NCBI GenBank assembly: GCA_944363795.1
Contig: CALVVG010000002.1
Coordinates: 1 to 57,535, forward strand
Direction of reading: 5' to 3'
DNA from: an uncultured Bacilli bacterium
GTDB lineage: Bacteria; Bacillota_I; Bacilli_A; RF39; UBA660
DNA length: 57,535 nucleotides
Below the pieces are notes generated by a model. The model ran no database searches, was not told where the DNA came from, and was given only the letters and a program-made list of their open reading frames with translations. A program made the position numbers and the translations under genes. How positions within the stretch are numbered: the first letter of the stretch is position 1; each line of letters begins with the position of its first letter. Shown here one piece after another: positions 48,462-57,535 of the stretch.

Positions 48462-49361
48462 TTAACGGGCTTTTTTTACCCTTGCTAATTGCATATTTCT
48501 ATTTTCTTTGGCAGCTACCATTGTTTTTTCTTGATAATTTGAATATATTTGCATATTTTTTAAATTCATAACGATATGTAAGTTTTTAGAATAAGCATAG
48601 TTCACTAAATCTTTTAAATTGTCTGTATCTATATTATTTAGTTTTGGAATCATTTTAGCAATAGATACAATTAATTTTTCAAAAATTTTTAAATCATGTA
48701 TTTCATCATTATTAATATGTATATTATTAACATTTTTTTGATAATATGAAATTAATGATTTACAATTATTTGAGGCTTTAATTGCTTCCCCTTTATTATT
48801 AAATAAAACATAACTCCAAACATTTAGACCATTATCTAAGTATGTTATGTAATATCCAGACTCAGGAAATGTTTTTTTTAGTTCTCCTTGAAACTTCTTA
48901 ATTAATCCATAATCAGTTAATAAATATTTATAATTCCCATCTACATGTCTTTTATTCATCGTTATCATATTACAACCATTTCTTTCATAACCGATAAAAT
49001 TATTGTTTAATCTATCTCCATTAGAATTATTGGCGAATAAATAAAATTCACCAGCATGATAACAAATAAATAATTTTCCTCCAATATGATCAACAATTAA
49101 TGGCCTATCTTCATCCATAAAACTCCATCTAATTTTAAACATTTTAAAATTTGGATAAACAATTATTGGATCAGGCAAATCAAAATAAATTAACTTAGAA
49201 TTTGGATTTTCACTATACATTTTTGGACAATTGGCTATTAATTTTGAATATTGACTTTCTAAAATGTCTGGATGAAAAAATAAAAACTCATTTTCATTTT
49301 TTCCCACAATTGAACTTAGTCCGCTTATATCTAATCCCCATTCTTTAATAATATCAACCAT
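48462..49361 (-). CDS. hypothetical protein (299 aa), no recognised domain
   Basis: GAGAGGGA RBS before the ATG at 49361. Located 15 nt downstream of the hisS stop on the same strand. Confidence 0.5.
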   Translation of the reverse strand: MVDIIKEWGLDISGLSSIVGKNENEFLFFHPDILESQYSKLIANCPKMYSENPNSKLIYFDLPDPIIVYPNFKMFKIRWSFMDEDRPLIVDHIGGKLFICYHAGEFYLFANNSNGDRLNNNFIGYERNGCNMITMNKRHVDGNYKYLLTDYGLIKKFQGELKKTFPESGYYITYLDNGLNVWSYVLFNNKGEAIKASNNCKSLISYYQKNVNNIHINNDEIHDLKIFEKLIVSIAKMIPKLNNIDTDNLKDLVNYAYSKNLHIVMNLKNMQIYSNYQEKTMVAAKENRNMQLARVKKAR

Positions 49362-49375
49362 AATAATCCCTCTCT

Positions 49376-50629
49376 TTATATATTTCCTAAAATCCAATCG
49401 ACTATTTCCGATTCATCAATTTTCATTTCTTCTTTGGTAGCATTGTCTTTAACATTTATAAGGCCTTTATTTAAATCCTCACTATTTAAAATCACTAAAA
49501 ATTTAGCATTTAAACTATCAGCAATTTTAAATTGAGATTTTAAACTTAAATTATTACTATTCATTTCGGTTATTACATTATTTAATCGTAAATTTTGAGC
49601 CAAAATAATAGATTGCATTTTTTCTTCTTCATTAACGCTCATAATATAAACATCAATATTATTTTGTAAATTTGAAATATTAATCTTATTTTTTAATTCT
49701 AATATAATTCTTTCTATGCCTAAAGCAAAACCAACTGCTGGCAAATTCGGTCCTCCTAAATTTTCTACTAAAGAATTATAGCGGCCACCGCCTCCCAAGG
49801 TAATGCCATTATCCGTAGTTATATATTCCCAAACATTTTCATCGTAATAATCAAGTCCTCTAACAATTTTTTCATCTATTTCATAATCAATATCAAGATT
49901 TGTTAATAACATTTTTAACTTATCAAAGCGCTCTTTACTTTCTTTACTTAAATAATCACTTATTTTAGGTACATTTTTTAAAATATCGTTATTTTTATCA
50001 ATTTTACAATCGAGTATTCGTAAAGGATTACTATTAAATCTTTTTTTACAATCATCACATAATTCGTTAATATAAGGTGTTAAGTATTTTACTAATGCCT
50101 CAGTATAATTCTTTCTTGATATTTTATCCCCTAAACTATTGATTGCAACAGTAACATTATCTATTCCTAAGCTATTTAATAAATTATATCCAATACTTAT
50201 TACTTCAGCATCTATCATAGGATCAGCTGAATTAAATACTTCAACTCCAAATTGGGTAAATTCTCTATTACGTCCAGATTGTGGTCTTTCATAACGATAC
50301 ATAGTACCATTATAATACAATTTAATACAATCATTTTTATTTCCATACAATTTGTTTTCTATAACACTACGAACTACTCCAGCTGTACCTTCTGGTCTTA
50401 AAGTCATACTACGATCCCCACGATCTTTAAAATCATATGTTTCTTTAGTAACTATATCAGAAGTTTCACCAACACTGCGATGATAAAGTTCACTTGCTTC
50501 AAATATGGGAGTCCTAATTAAATCGTAATTATAATTAGCCATAAAATTTTCTATCTCATGATTAATATATGTATATATTTTTGCATCTAAGCCCATTAAA
50601 TCATAAGTACCTTTTGGTTTTGTTATCAT
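49376..50629 (-). CDS. hisS: histidine--tRNA ligase
   Basis: Class II motifs RPEGTAGVVR, YRYERPQSGRNREFTQFGVE and GGGRY. Confidence 0.93.
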   Translation of the reverse strand: MITKPKGTYDLMGLDAKIYTYINHEIENFMANYNYDLIRTPIFEASELYHRSVGETSDIVTKETYDFKDRGDRSMTLRPEGTAGVVRSVIENKLYGNKNDCIKLYYNGTMYRYERPQSGRNREFTQFGVEVFNSADPMIDAEVISIGYNLLNSLGIDNVTVAINSLGDKISRKNYTEALVKYLTPYINELCDDCKKRFNSNPLRILDCKIDKNNDILKNVPKISDYLSKESKERFDKLKMLLTNLDIDYEIDEKIVRGLDYYDENVWEYITTDNGITLGGGGRYNSLVENLGGPNLPAVGFALGIERIILELKNKINISNLQNNIDVYIMSVNEEEKMQSIILAQNLRLNNVITEMNSNNLSLKSQFKIADSLNAKFLVILNSEDLNKGLINVKDNATKEEMKIDESEIVDWILGNI

Positions 50630-50823
50630 AAAATCTTCCTTTCAAATTAATACTATTATAACTTATTTATTTATTTTTTTAAAGCTTTAAGGTTATAAAA
50701 AAACTAAAATTGTTTATAGATAGCAAATCATCAAACATAAGCTAAAGTAATTAATATCTTTATAAAAATAGTTGACGAAACTTAAAAGTTAAGCTAAACT
50801 ATCTTTTACAAGAAAGGACATTT

Positions 50824-51759
50824 ATGAATAAAGAAAATATTGAAGAACTAATCAATTCTTTAATTAATAGTGGTATAGTAAAAAGAACTACTCTAGAAGT
50901 ACTTGACATTTATAATAATTTTGAATTAGATGATGATTCAAAATATTTATTAGAAGATATATTAGGTCTTTATAAAGAGTATCTAAATTCATTGTTAATT
51001 TTAAATGAACACAAAGAAGTTTTTTTGAAAACTTTAAAACAAGAAGAAATTAAAAGAAATCAAGCCTTAGAAAATGTTAGCCCTTTTTTAATACAAATGT
51101 TTATGAATGCAAAACATAAATCAGCTACGAATTTAACTATACAAATAATGAAAGAACGCAATCTTTTCTCAAAAGATGATTTAATATTAATAAATAAAAC
51201 AATACTGAATGGGCTTTCTTTATCTTTAGATAATTCCGCTAATCATTTAAGAACGGCTAATAATTCATTTGTTGGAAAATTTAAAACTGAAAACGGAAGA
51301 ATAAAATTCGTTGATGATGTATCTTATATTCCAATTGATTATTCAGATATTAATGAAGCATTAGATAAAATTTTAGATATTTTAAACAAAAAAGATTTTG
51401 TAAATATAGAATCTATTTTTGTAAATCCAATATTTTTACATGGGTTTATTGCAGCTTTACAATGTTTTAAAGATGGTAATTCGCGTCTTGCTAGAATTTT
51501 ATTTCATTGTAAATTATGGCAATTAACTAACTTTTTTTATAACAGTAACTTAGAAAGTCCTGCCCTTTTTACATCTGAAGCAATTTTACATTACGAAAAA
51601 CAAGAAATATATCGTGAATTAATAAAACAAATAGCCATTAATCCAAACAATGAAAATTTTAATAAATGGTTACAATTCAATTTGTTATTAGTTGAAAAAC
51701 AAATATATTTAAATCAAGATAAAATGCACGAGTGTATGCGAATTTTAAAAAGATCCTAA
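50824..51759 (+). CDS. Fic/DOC-fold protein with a degenerate active-site motif
   Basis: FLHGFIAALQCFKDGNSRLARILF aligns to HxFx(D/E)GNGRxxR, with Q in place of the catalytic H and S in place of the second G. Confidence 0.6.
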   Translation: MNKENIEELINSLINSGIVKRTTLEVLDIYNNFELDDDSKYLLEDILGLYKEYLNSLLILNEHKEVFLKTLKQEEIKRNQALENVSPFLIQMFMNAKHKSATNLTIQIMKERNLFSKDDLILINKTILNGLSLSLDNSANHLRTANNSFVGKFKTENGRIKFVDDVSYIPIDYSDINEALDKILDILNKKDFVNIESIFVNPIFLHGFIAALQCFKDGNSRLARILFHCKLWQLTNFFYNSNLESPALFTSEAILHYEKQEIYRELIKQIAINPNNENFNKWLQFNLLLVEKQIYLNQDKMHECMRILKRS

Positions 51760-51769
51760 TATGGATCTT

Positions 51770-52204
51770 TTATGCTTCTAAAGCAATAGTAATTGGACCA
51801 TCATTTTGAATAAAAAGTTGCATATCAGCTCCAAAAATACCTGTTACAGTCTCTACATATTTATTCAATTCTTCATTAAATTTATCATATAATTTAATGG
51901 CTTTTTCTCCATTTAAAGCTTTAATATACGAAGGCCTATTACCTTTTTTAGTATCTGCATATAAGGTAAATTGTGATATTGATAAAATTTTTCCCTTAAC
52001 ATCTAAAATAGATTTATTCATAATACCATTTTCATCATCAAATATTCTTAAATTTACAACCTTTTTAACTAATTTATCTATCTCTTTATTAGAATCTTCT
52101 TCAGTAAAACCTACTAATAAAACTAAACCAGCATCTATTTTATTAATTAATTTATTATTTACTTCAACTTTCCCTTTTCTACATCTTTGGACTATTACTC
52201 GCAT
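51770..52204 (-). CDS. dtd: D-aminoacyl-tRNA deacylase
   Basis: MRVIVQR ... ILSISQFTLYADTKKGNRPSY ... GADMQ. 144 aa. Confidence 0.92.
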   Translation of the reverse strand: MRVIVQRCRKGKVEVNNKLINKIDAGLVLLVGFTEEDSNKEIDKLVKKVVNLRIFDDENGIMNKSILDVKGKILSISQFTLYADTKKGNRPSYIKALNGEKAIKLYDKFNEELNKYVETVTGIFGADMQLFIQNDGPITIALEA

Positions 52205-52764
52205 TCTTCCTCCAATTTATCTAATATATCTTTGATTTCTAACCAATTATTAGCTCTTATAATACCATTTTTTTGCAAAAAGTCTTTTGTTAAATTTTTA
52301 TTATGATATGCACTAAATAAAATTTTAATTTTAGCATTTTTTAAATTTTCTATTTTATCATCAATTTTAATATCACAATTTAATAGTTCTTTATCATTGA
52401 TAAATATAAAATTATGTGGATCTATAAAAGGTAATTTTTCAATTAAATAATTATGTTTATATAAAGCAATTTTACCACTTAATTCAGGAATTACATTATA
52501 AATATATGCTGTACCAATATATACTTTATATTTTTCATTTAAATATTTTAATACTTCAATTGTATTAGGAATTAAATTAGAATAATCATATAGATTGTTA
52601 TTTATAAAATAATTAAAGAAACCTTCCTTATCGGGGATAAAATCATACATATAAAAATCACTAGTTTCTTCTTTTTTATGGTTAGTTTTAAAATATTGAT
52701 TAATCAAATATAAATAACCACCCTCTGTTATGCAATCGTCCATATCTACCATAATACTTTTCAT
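52195..52764 (-). CDS. HAD-superfamily 5'(3')-deoxyribonucleotidase-like protein
   Basis: N-terminal VDMDDCIT (DxDx[TV] HAD motif I). Size and pattern fit the NT5C-like family. Confidence 0.5.
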   Translation of the reverse strand: MKSIMVDMDDCITEGGYLYLINQYFKTNHKKEETSDFYMYDFIPDKEGFFNYFINNNLYDYSNLIPNTIEVLKYLNEKYKVYIGTAYIYNVIPELSGKIALYKHNYLIEKLPFIDPHNFIFINDKELLNCDIKIDDKIENLKNAKIKILFSAYHNKNLTKDFLQKNGIIRANNWLEIKDILDKLEEECE

Positions 52765-52771
52765 TTTTCAC

Positions 52772-54898
52772 CTATAAATTATTAGTAACATCTAAAACAT
52801 TACTCATTTTTAAAACTGAATTTTTGATTTTTTCAAGTTCTTCTTTATTTCTAATTCGAATATTTAATTCATAAATAAGGTTATCACCTTTTTCTAAAGT
52901 TCTACATGATCTTACCACAGAATCTTTTTTTCCAATTTCTGTTATTACTTCTGCTAGAATATCTTTACTATCTTTAACAGCAACATATATATTCGTATAG
53001 TAATAATTAGTACTACAGTCATTCCATTCTACACTAATAAGTCTATCACTATCATTTGGAACATTTGGACAACCTTTTTTATGAACACTAATACCTTGCC
53101 CCTTTGTAATATATCCTATTATTTCATCTCCTTTAACAGGCATACAACATTTTGCAATATTAACCATAATATTACCAGTACCTTCAACTAAAATATCACT
53201 TTTATAATTAATCTTAGGTAATTCTCTTTTTCTTTCAAAAAATAAATCGTCAACTTGATGCTTATCATTTTGTGTTAAATTAATGATATAACCAGCAGTA
53301 TATCTTAATGCTCCAATACCAAAATAAATATCTTCTATATCCTTAACTTTTAAATCCTTAATTAATTTTTCAATGTTTTTATTATCCAATGTTTCACTAA
53401 AAGATAATTTTCTTTTTCTTAATTCCTTTTCTAATATATCTTTGCCTTTTAAAATATATTCTTCTTTATCTTTTTTACTAAAATATGCTTTAATTTTGTT
53501 TTTAGCTTGATTTGTTTTAGCAATATTTAACCAATCTTTATTTGGCTTAGCATTAGCATTAGTTTTAATATTTACGACATCGTCATTATGCAATTCGTAA
53601 GATAATGGTACTATTTGATCATTAACAATAGCTCCCACCGTTGTATCTCCTACTTTAGAATGTATTCTATAAGCAAAATCTATTGGAGTAGAACCAACAG
53701 GAAGTTCAATAACATCTCCTTTGGGAGTATAAGTATATATTAAATCGGAAAATATATTAGTATTTATAGCGTTTTCAAAATCAATGTCTGATTCATTAGT
53801 ATTTGATTCAATAACATTACGAAACATTTCTAATTTTTGTTCCATTATATTTTGAATTTTTTTAGTTCCTTTTTCTTTATATGACCAATGACTTGCTACT
53901 CCTTTTTCAGCAATTTCATCCATTTCGTATGTTCTAACTTGGACTTCAAAAACTTTACCTTCTACACCAAATACGGTTGTATGTAAGGATTGATACATGT
54001 TTTCTTTGGGACTAGCTATATAATCTTTAAAACGTTTAGGCATTGGTCTAAACCTTGAATGAATTAACCCAATTGTTTGGTAACATTCTGTTTCAGTATT
54101 TACAAATACTCTTAAAGCAAGTATATCATATATGTTATCCCATTTTTTGCCATTATTTAACTTATTATAAATACTATATACACTCTTAACTCTACCTTTA
54201 ATTTCAAATGTTATTCCAGCATCAGTTAAAATTTCAATAATGCTTTCTTTCATTTCTTCTAAATAATCATTTAACTCAGCTACTGTATTATTTAATTTTT
54301 CTAATATATCATTGTAAACATCTGGTTTTAGATAATATAGCGATAAATTCTCTAATTCACTTTTAATAGAATTTATACCTAATCGATGAGCAATAGGAAC
54401 TAAAACACTCATAGTTTCATTAGCTTTTTCTTTTTGCTTAGCAGGATTAATAGCCCAATTTGTACGCATATTATGTAAACGATCTGCTAATTTAATATAT
54501 AAAACACGTACATCTTCTGCTAATCCAACTAATATTTTTCTTAAATATAATACCGAAGATTCATTATTATCTGGTAATTCTAATTTATTAATTTTAGATA
54601 CTGATTGAACAATTTTAGCTACTTCTTCGCCAAAAATATCAACTAATTGTTCATAAGTTGTTTTGCCATTATTAATAACCTCATGAAGTAATGCGGCAAT
54701 TATAGTTATATCATCAACATTTAAATCAAGTAAAATTTTTGTTACTTCTAAAGGATGTGTGATAAAATCATCACCACTTAAACGTTTCATTCCTTCATGT
54801 TCTTTTAAAGCATATTCATAAGCTTTCTTTATTTCTAAATAAGAATCTCTTTTTTTTAATTTTTCTTCTAAAAGTTGAAAAGTTATTTTGTCTTTCAT
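52772..54898 (-). CDS. relA: bifunctional (p)ppGpp synthetase/hydrolase RelA/SpoT homolog
   Basis: HD domain (HPLEV...LHEVI), synthetase domain (YQSLHTTV), TGS and ACT regions. 708 aa. Confidence 0.93.
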   Translation of the reverse strand: MKDKITFQLLEEKLKKRDSYLEIKKAYEYALKEHEGMKRLSGDDFITHPLEVTKILLDLNVDDITIIAALLHEVINNGKTTYEQLVDIFGEEVAKIVQSVSKINKLELPDNNESSVLYLRKILVGLAEDVRVLYIKLADRLHNMRTNWAINPAKQKEKANETMSVLVPIAHRLGINSIKSELENLSLYYLKPDVYNDILEKLNNTVAELNDYLEEMKESIIEILTDAGITFEIKGRVKSVYSIYNKLNNGKKWDNIYDILALRVFVNTETECYQTIGLIHSRFRPMPKRFKDYIASPKENMYQSLHTTVFGVEGKVFEVQVRTYEMDEIAEKGVASHWSYKEKGTKKIQNIMEQKLEMFRNVIESNTNESDIDFENAINTNIFSDLIYTYTPKGDVIELPVGSTPIDFAYRIHSKVGDTTVGAIVNDQIVPLSYELHNDDVVNIKTNANAKPNKDWLNIAKTNQAKNKIKAYFSKKDKEEYILKGKDILEKELRKRKLSFSETLDNKNIEKLIKDLKVKDIEDIYFGIGALRYTAGYIINLTQNDKHQVDDLFFERKRELPKINYKSDILVEGTGNIMVNIAKCCMPVKGDEIIGYITKGQGISVHKKGCPNVPNDSDRLISVEWNDCSTNYYYTNIYVAVKDSKDILAEVITEIGKKDSVVRSCRTLEKGDNLIYELNIRIRNKEELEKIKNSVLKMSNVLDVTNNL

Positions 54899-54977
54899 TG
54901 TATCACTCCATGTTATTTTTTATATTTACCACATATATTTATTATATAACAAAATATAATTTAATTAAAGGAGAAAT

Positions 54978-56273
54978 ATGTCTAGAACAGAAAATGCCTT
55001 TTTAAAATCGACATTAATACTTATATTTAGTGGTTTTTTCACGAAAACAATTGGTTTTATTATTAAAATTATTTACACTAGAATAATTGGTCCATATGGA
55101 ATTAGCTTATATACTATTGCTACACCTACATATTCTTTACTTTTGACAATTGCTACATTAGCCATTCCTATTTCTATTTCTAAATTAGTTGCTGAAAATA
55201 GAGGCAGAAGCATTAGAATTTTAACTTCAGCTGCATTTTTAATTTTAACCATTAATTTTATATTAATAATAATTATTTTATTTTCAGCAGATTTTATTGC
55301 TTCAACACTTTTAAAAGAGCCTAAAGCTGCTTTAATATTAATAGCAATGGCACTTACTTTACCTTTTGTATCTATATCCAGTGTCTTAAAAGGCTATTTT
55401 GCTGGCAAACAAAATATGATGCCTCATGCTACCAGTAATATTATAGAACAAATTATTCGGCTTATAATTATCATTATTATTCTACCTATATTAATGCAAA
55501 AAAGTGTTATGCATGCTGTAATTGGCTTAATATTATTAACAATAATTTCTGAAATTAGTAGTATAATTGTTTTCTTTTTCTTTTTACCAAAACACATAAA
55601 TTTACATACTAATTTGCGTCCAACAAAAGATATAACTAAAAATATTTTGGATATATCACTTCCCACAGTATCAAGCAGAATTGTTGGGAATATTGGTTAT
55701 TTTTTTGAACCTATCATTTTAACTAATTTATTGTTAATTTCCGGTTATTCAAATTCCTATATATTGGCTGAATATGGAGCATATAATGCCTACAGTATAT
55801 CTTTATTGACTATGCCTTCATTTTTTATTGCCGCTGTAGCTACATCATTATTACCAGAAGTATCAAAATTTTATGCTAATGGTAATATTTTAATGGTTAA
55901 ACGTCGTATTAAACAAGGCATACTTTTTTCTTTAATAATTGGTATATCCTTTTCTTTTATTATATATACATTTAGAGATCCATTGCTATTTACTTTGTAT
56001 AAAACGACAATTGGTAGCAAATATATTAAAATACTTGCTCCAATATTTGTTTTATTTTATTTAGAAGGAGTTCTAACGTCTGCTTTGCAAGCTATGGGAC
56101 ATGCCAAAAAGACAATGCGAATTTCTTTGTATGGAGTAATATTAAAATTAATTGTTTTATCAATCTTTTCATTATGTCATATAGGTATTTATAGCTTAGT
56201 TATAGCCGAAATAATCAATATAATATTTGTGGTATCTTTAAACACTATAGCTATAAAAAAAATAATAAAATAA
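54978..56273 (+). CDS. MOP-superfamily polysaccharide/peptidoglycan-precursor flippase-like protein (SpoVB/MurJ-like)
   Basis: N-terminal AFLKSTLILIFSGFFTKTIGFIIKIIYTRIIGPYG. About 12 TM helices. Shorter than Bacillus SpoVB. Confidence 0.6.
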   Translation: MSRTENAFLKSTLILIFSGFFTKTIGFIIKIIYTRIIGPYGISLYTIATPTYSLLLTIATLAIPISISKLVAENRGRSIRILTSAAFLILTINFILIIIILFSADFIASTLLKEPKAALILIAMALTLPFVSISSVLKGYFAGKQNMMPHATSNIIEQIIRLIIIIIILPILMQKSVMHAVIGLILLTIISEISSIIVFFFFLPKHINLHTNLRPTKDITKNILDISLPTVSSRIVGNIGYFFEPIILTNLLLISGYSNSYILAEYGAYNAYSISLLTMPSFFIAAVATSLLPEVSKFYANGNILMVKRRIKQGILFSLIIGISFSFIIYTFRDPLLFTLYKTTIGSKYIKILAPIFVLFYLEGVLTSALQAMGHAKKTMRISLYGVILKLIVLSIFSLCHIGIYSLVIAEIINIIFVVSLNTIAIKKIIK

Positions 56274-56277
56274 CTAT

Positions 56278-57414
56278 TTATAAAGATATTCTATAAGGAT
56301 CTGCAGAAGCACCAGTACCACCCTCAAGAATTACTTCAGACTTGAGATAAAAGGAAGGACGGGTCTCCCATTCATCATGTGCATAGTCACAATTGATAAT
56401 GCCGTTCACTAAAAACACATTATCCGAGTCGTCCGATCTGCGAGAATTTGTCCATTCATAGCCACTACCATATAACCAGTTATTATTGGTATTATTATAT
56501 TTAAACAATGCTGTTTGCCAATTATCAGGACTAGCGGAATATCCATAATCACTTATATACATTAAGCCTACTGCCATTGTTTCTTCATAGCCGTTTTGAT
56601 TTTTTATTTCTACATTATAATATTGTTTTGCTGTATTTGTACTACTCCTAACCATTCCCCCAACTTGCCATTGACGTGTTTCATCTATCAAACTTTGCCA
56701 TTCATTACTTAATGTATTCCAATATGTGGTATTTAAAGTTGTATACATATCTGGCTTTTCTGTTTCGTTCCATGTATTACTTCTTCCAGAATCCCAAGCA
56801 TACTTTCCTATACTACTATTTTTTATTAATTTTACATTATATGTTCCATCTTGATCATCATCAAATATTCCTATGATTCGATATAACTTATCATTAGGGC
56901 ATGTTGTTACATCACTTCCAAAGCAGACATAATTACTAGGATTTGCTCCTGAATACCTGTATGAATTATCTCCAGCTTCTTGATCAGCATTTGTATATGT
57001 TCCTACTCCATCATGATAATATAATCCATTTGCTCCATCTGTTGTATAAACATTGTTTATTATATAATCAGCAAATGTTTCTTTTTTAACATCAAAATAA
57101 ACGTAACATTTATTACTTGTGTTTGACTGCATTATTACTTTTTTATTTTCATCATTCCAAGAGAGTGTTCCACCATTTTCACATTTACTTAAGGTTTCAT
57201 TAAATATATATCCATCAATCGGCCACTCACTCGCCGTAGTTTCTTCATATATTCCAGTACCTGCTTCTGTTTCTAACATCATTGTTAGTATATTGGAATT
57301 TTTTACTTCCACTTTAGTTTCATTAAAGTCAGCTTGTTTATTTTTTATTAAATTAAATATTAATGTAATTACTATTATTGATAATATAGTTAATAAAGCA
57401 ACTTTTTTAGTCAT
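56278..57414 (-). CDS. membrane-anchored or secreted hypothetical protein
   Basis: N-terminal signal anchor MTKKVALLTILSIIVITLIF. Trp/Tyr/Asn-rich extracellular part. No motif recognised. Confidence 0.45.
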   Translation of the reverse strand: MTKKVALLTILSIIVITLIFNLIKNKQADFNETKVEVKNSNILTMMLETEAGTGIYEETTASEWPIDGYIFNETLSKCENGGTLSWNDENKKVIMQSNTSNKCYVYFDVKKETFADYIINNVYTTDGANGLYYHDGVGTYTNADQEAGDNSYRYSGANPSNYVCFGSDVTTCPNDKLYRIIGIFDDDQDGTYNVKLIKNSSIGKYAWDSGRSNTWNETEKPDMYTTLNTTYWNTLSNEWQSLIDETRQWQVGGMVRSSTNTAKQYYNVEIKNQNGYEETMAVGLMYISDYGYSASPDNWQTALFKYNNTNNNWLYGSGYEWTNSRRSDDSDNVFLVNGIINCDYAHDEWETRPSFYLKSEVILEGGTGASADPYRISL

Positions 57415-57444
57415 TACTACACCTCTATTTTATTCCATACTATC

Positions 57445-57535
<91 letters not shown>

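Noticed and set aside
50630-50823. Expected T-box leader upstream of hisS
   Set aside because: No GGTGG(T/C)ACCGCG-like core or terminator is visible on the minus strand. Only AT-rich promoter-like sequence is present.

Overview
Very AT-rich chromosome segment (GC judged by eye, not computed), apparently from a Bacillota organism. It reads cleanly under the standard bacterial code: UGG encodes Trp and TGA is used as a stop. The backbone is a Bacillus-like housekeeping layout: comEA-comEC-holA, rnhC, cvpA, trxA, uvrC, dnaG-sigA-trmK, a pilC-like gene with a prepilin peptidase, spoIIM-like, mnmA, xerD, rarA, gpsA, tcdA, gatCAB, aspS with a T-box leader, hisS, dtd, relA and a spoVB-like flippase. 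Accessory material is inserted at several points. (1) Positions 1 to about 7560 form a composite island of related large-serine-recombinase units. Only one recombinase is intact. Two further units survive as a recombinase 3' remnant or fragment, and one of them also keeps a frameshifted HTH gene. The intact unit carries an HTH / ABC-ATPase-Toprim (OLD-like) / zinc-ribbon protein / MerR-like cassette. (2) Positions 33852-35004 hold a clear retron: a reverse transcriptase plus an upstream msr/msd-like structured region with its own promoter. No recognisable canonical effector gene is nearby. I consider this the strongest candidate for an undescribed system. (3) A HerA/DUF87-type ATPase sits between membrane-anchored proteins next to gatCAB. 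(4) A miniature IS200/IS605-derived remnant is present. (5) A promoter-defined structured sRNA of about 175 nt lies upstream of tcdA and is a candidate 6S RNA. (6) An uncharacterised gene splits hisS from aspS, which has its own T-box. (7) A Fic-fold protein has a degenerate active-site motif. No rRNA, tRNA or CRISPR array was seen. The window ends in A21 and T61 homopolymers that look like an assembly or contig-end artefact. All calls rest on motif recognition by eye, and no searches were run.
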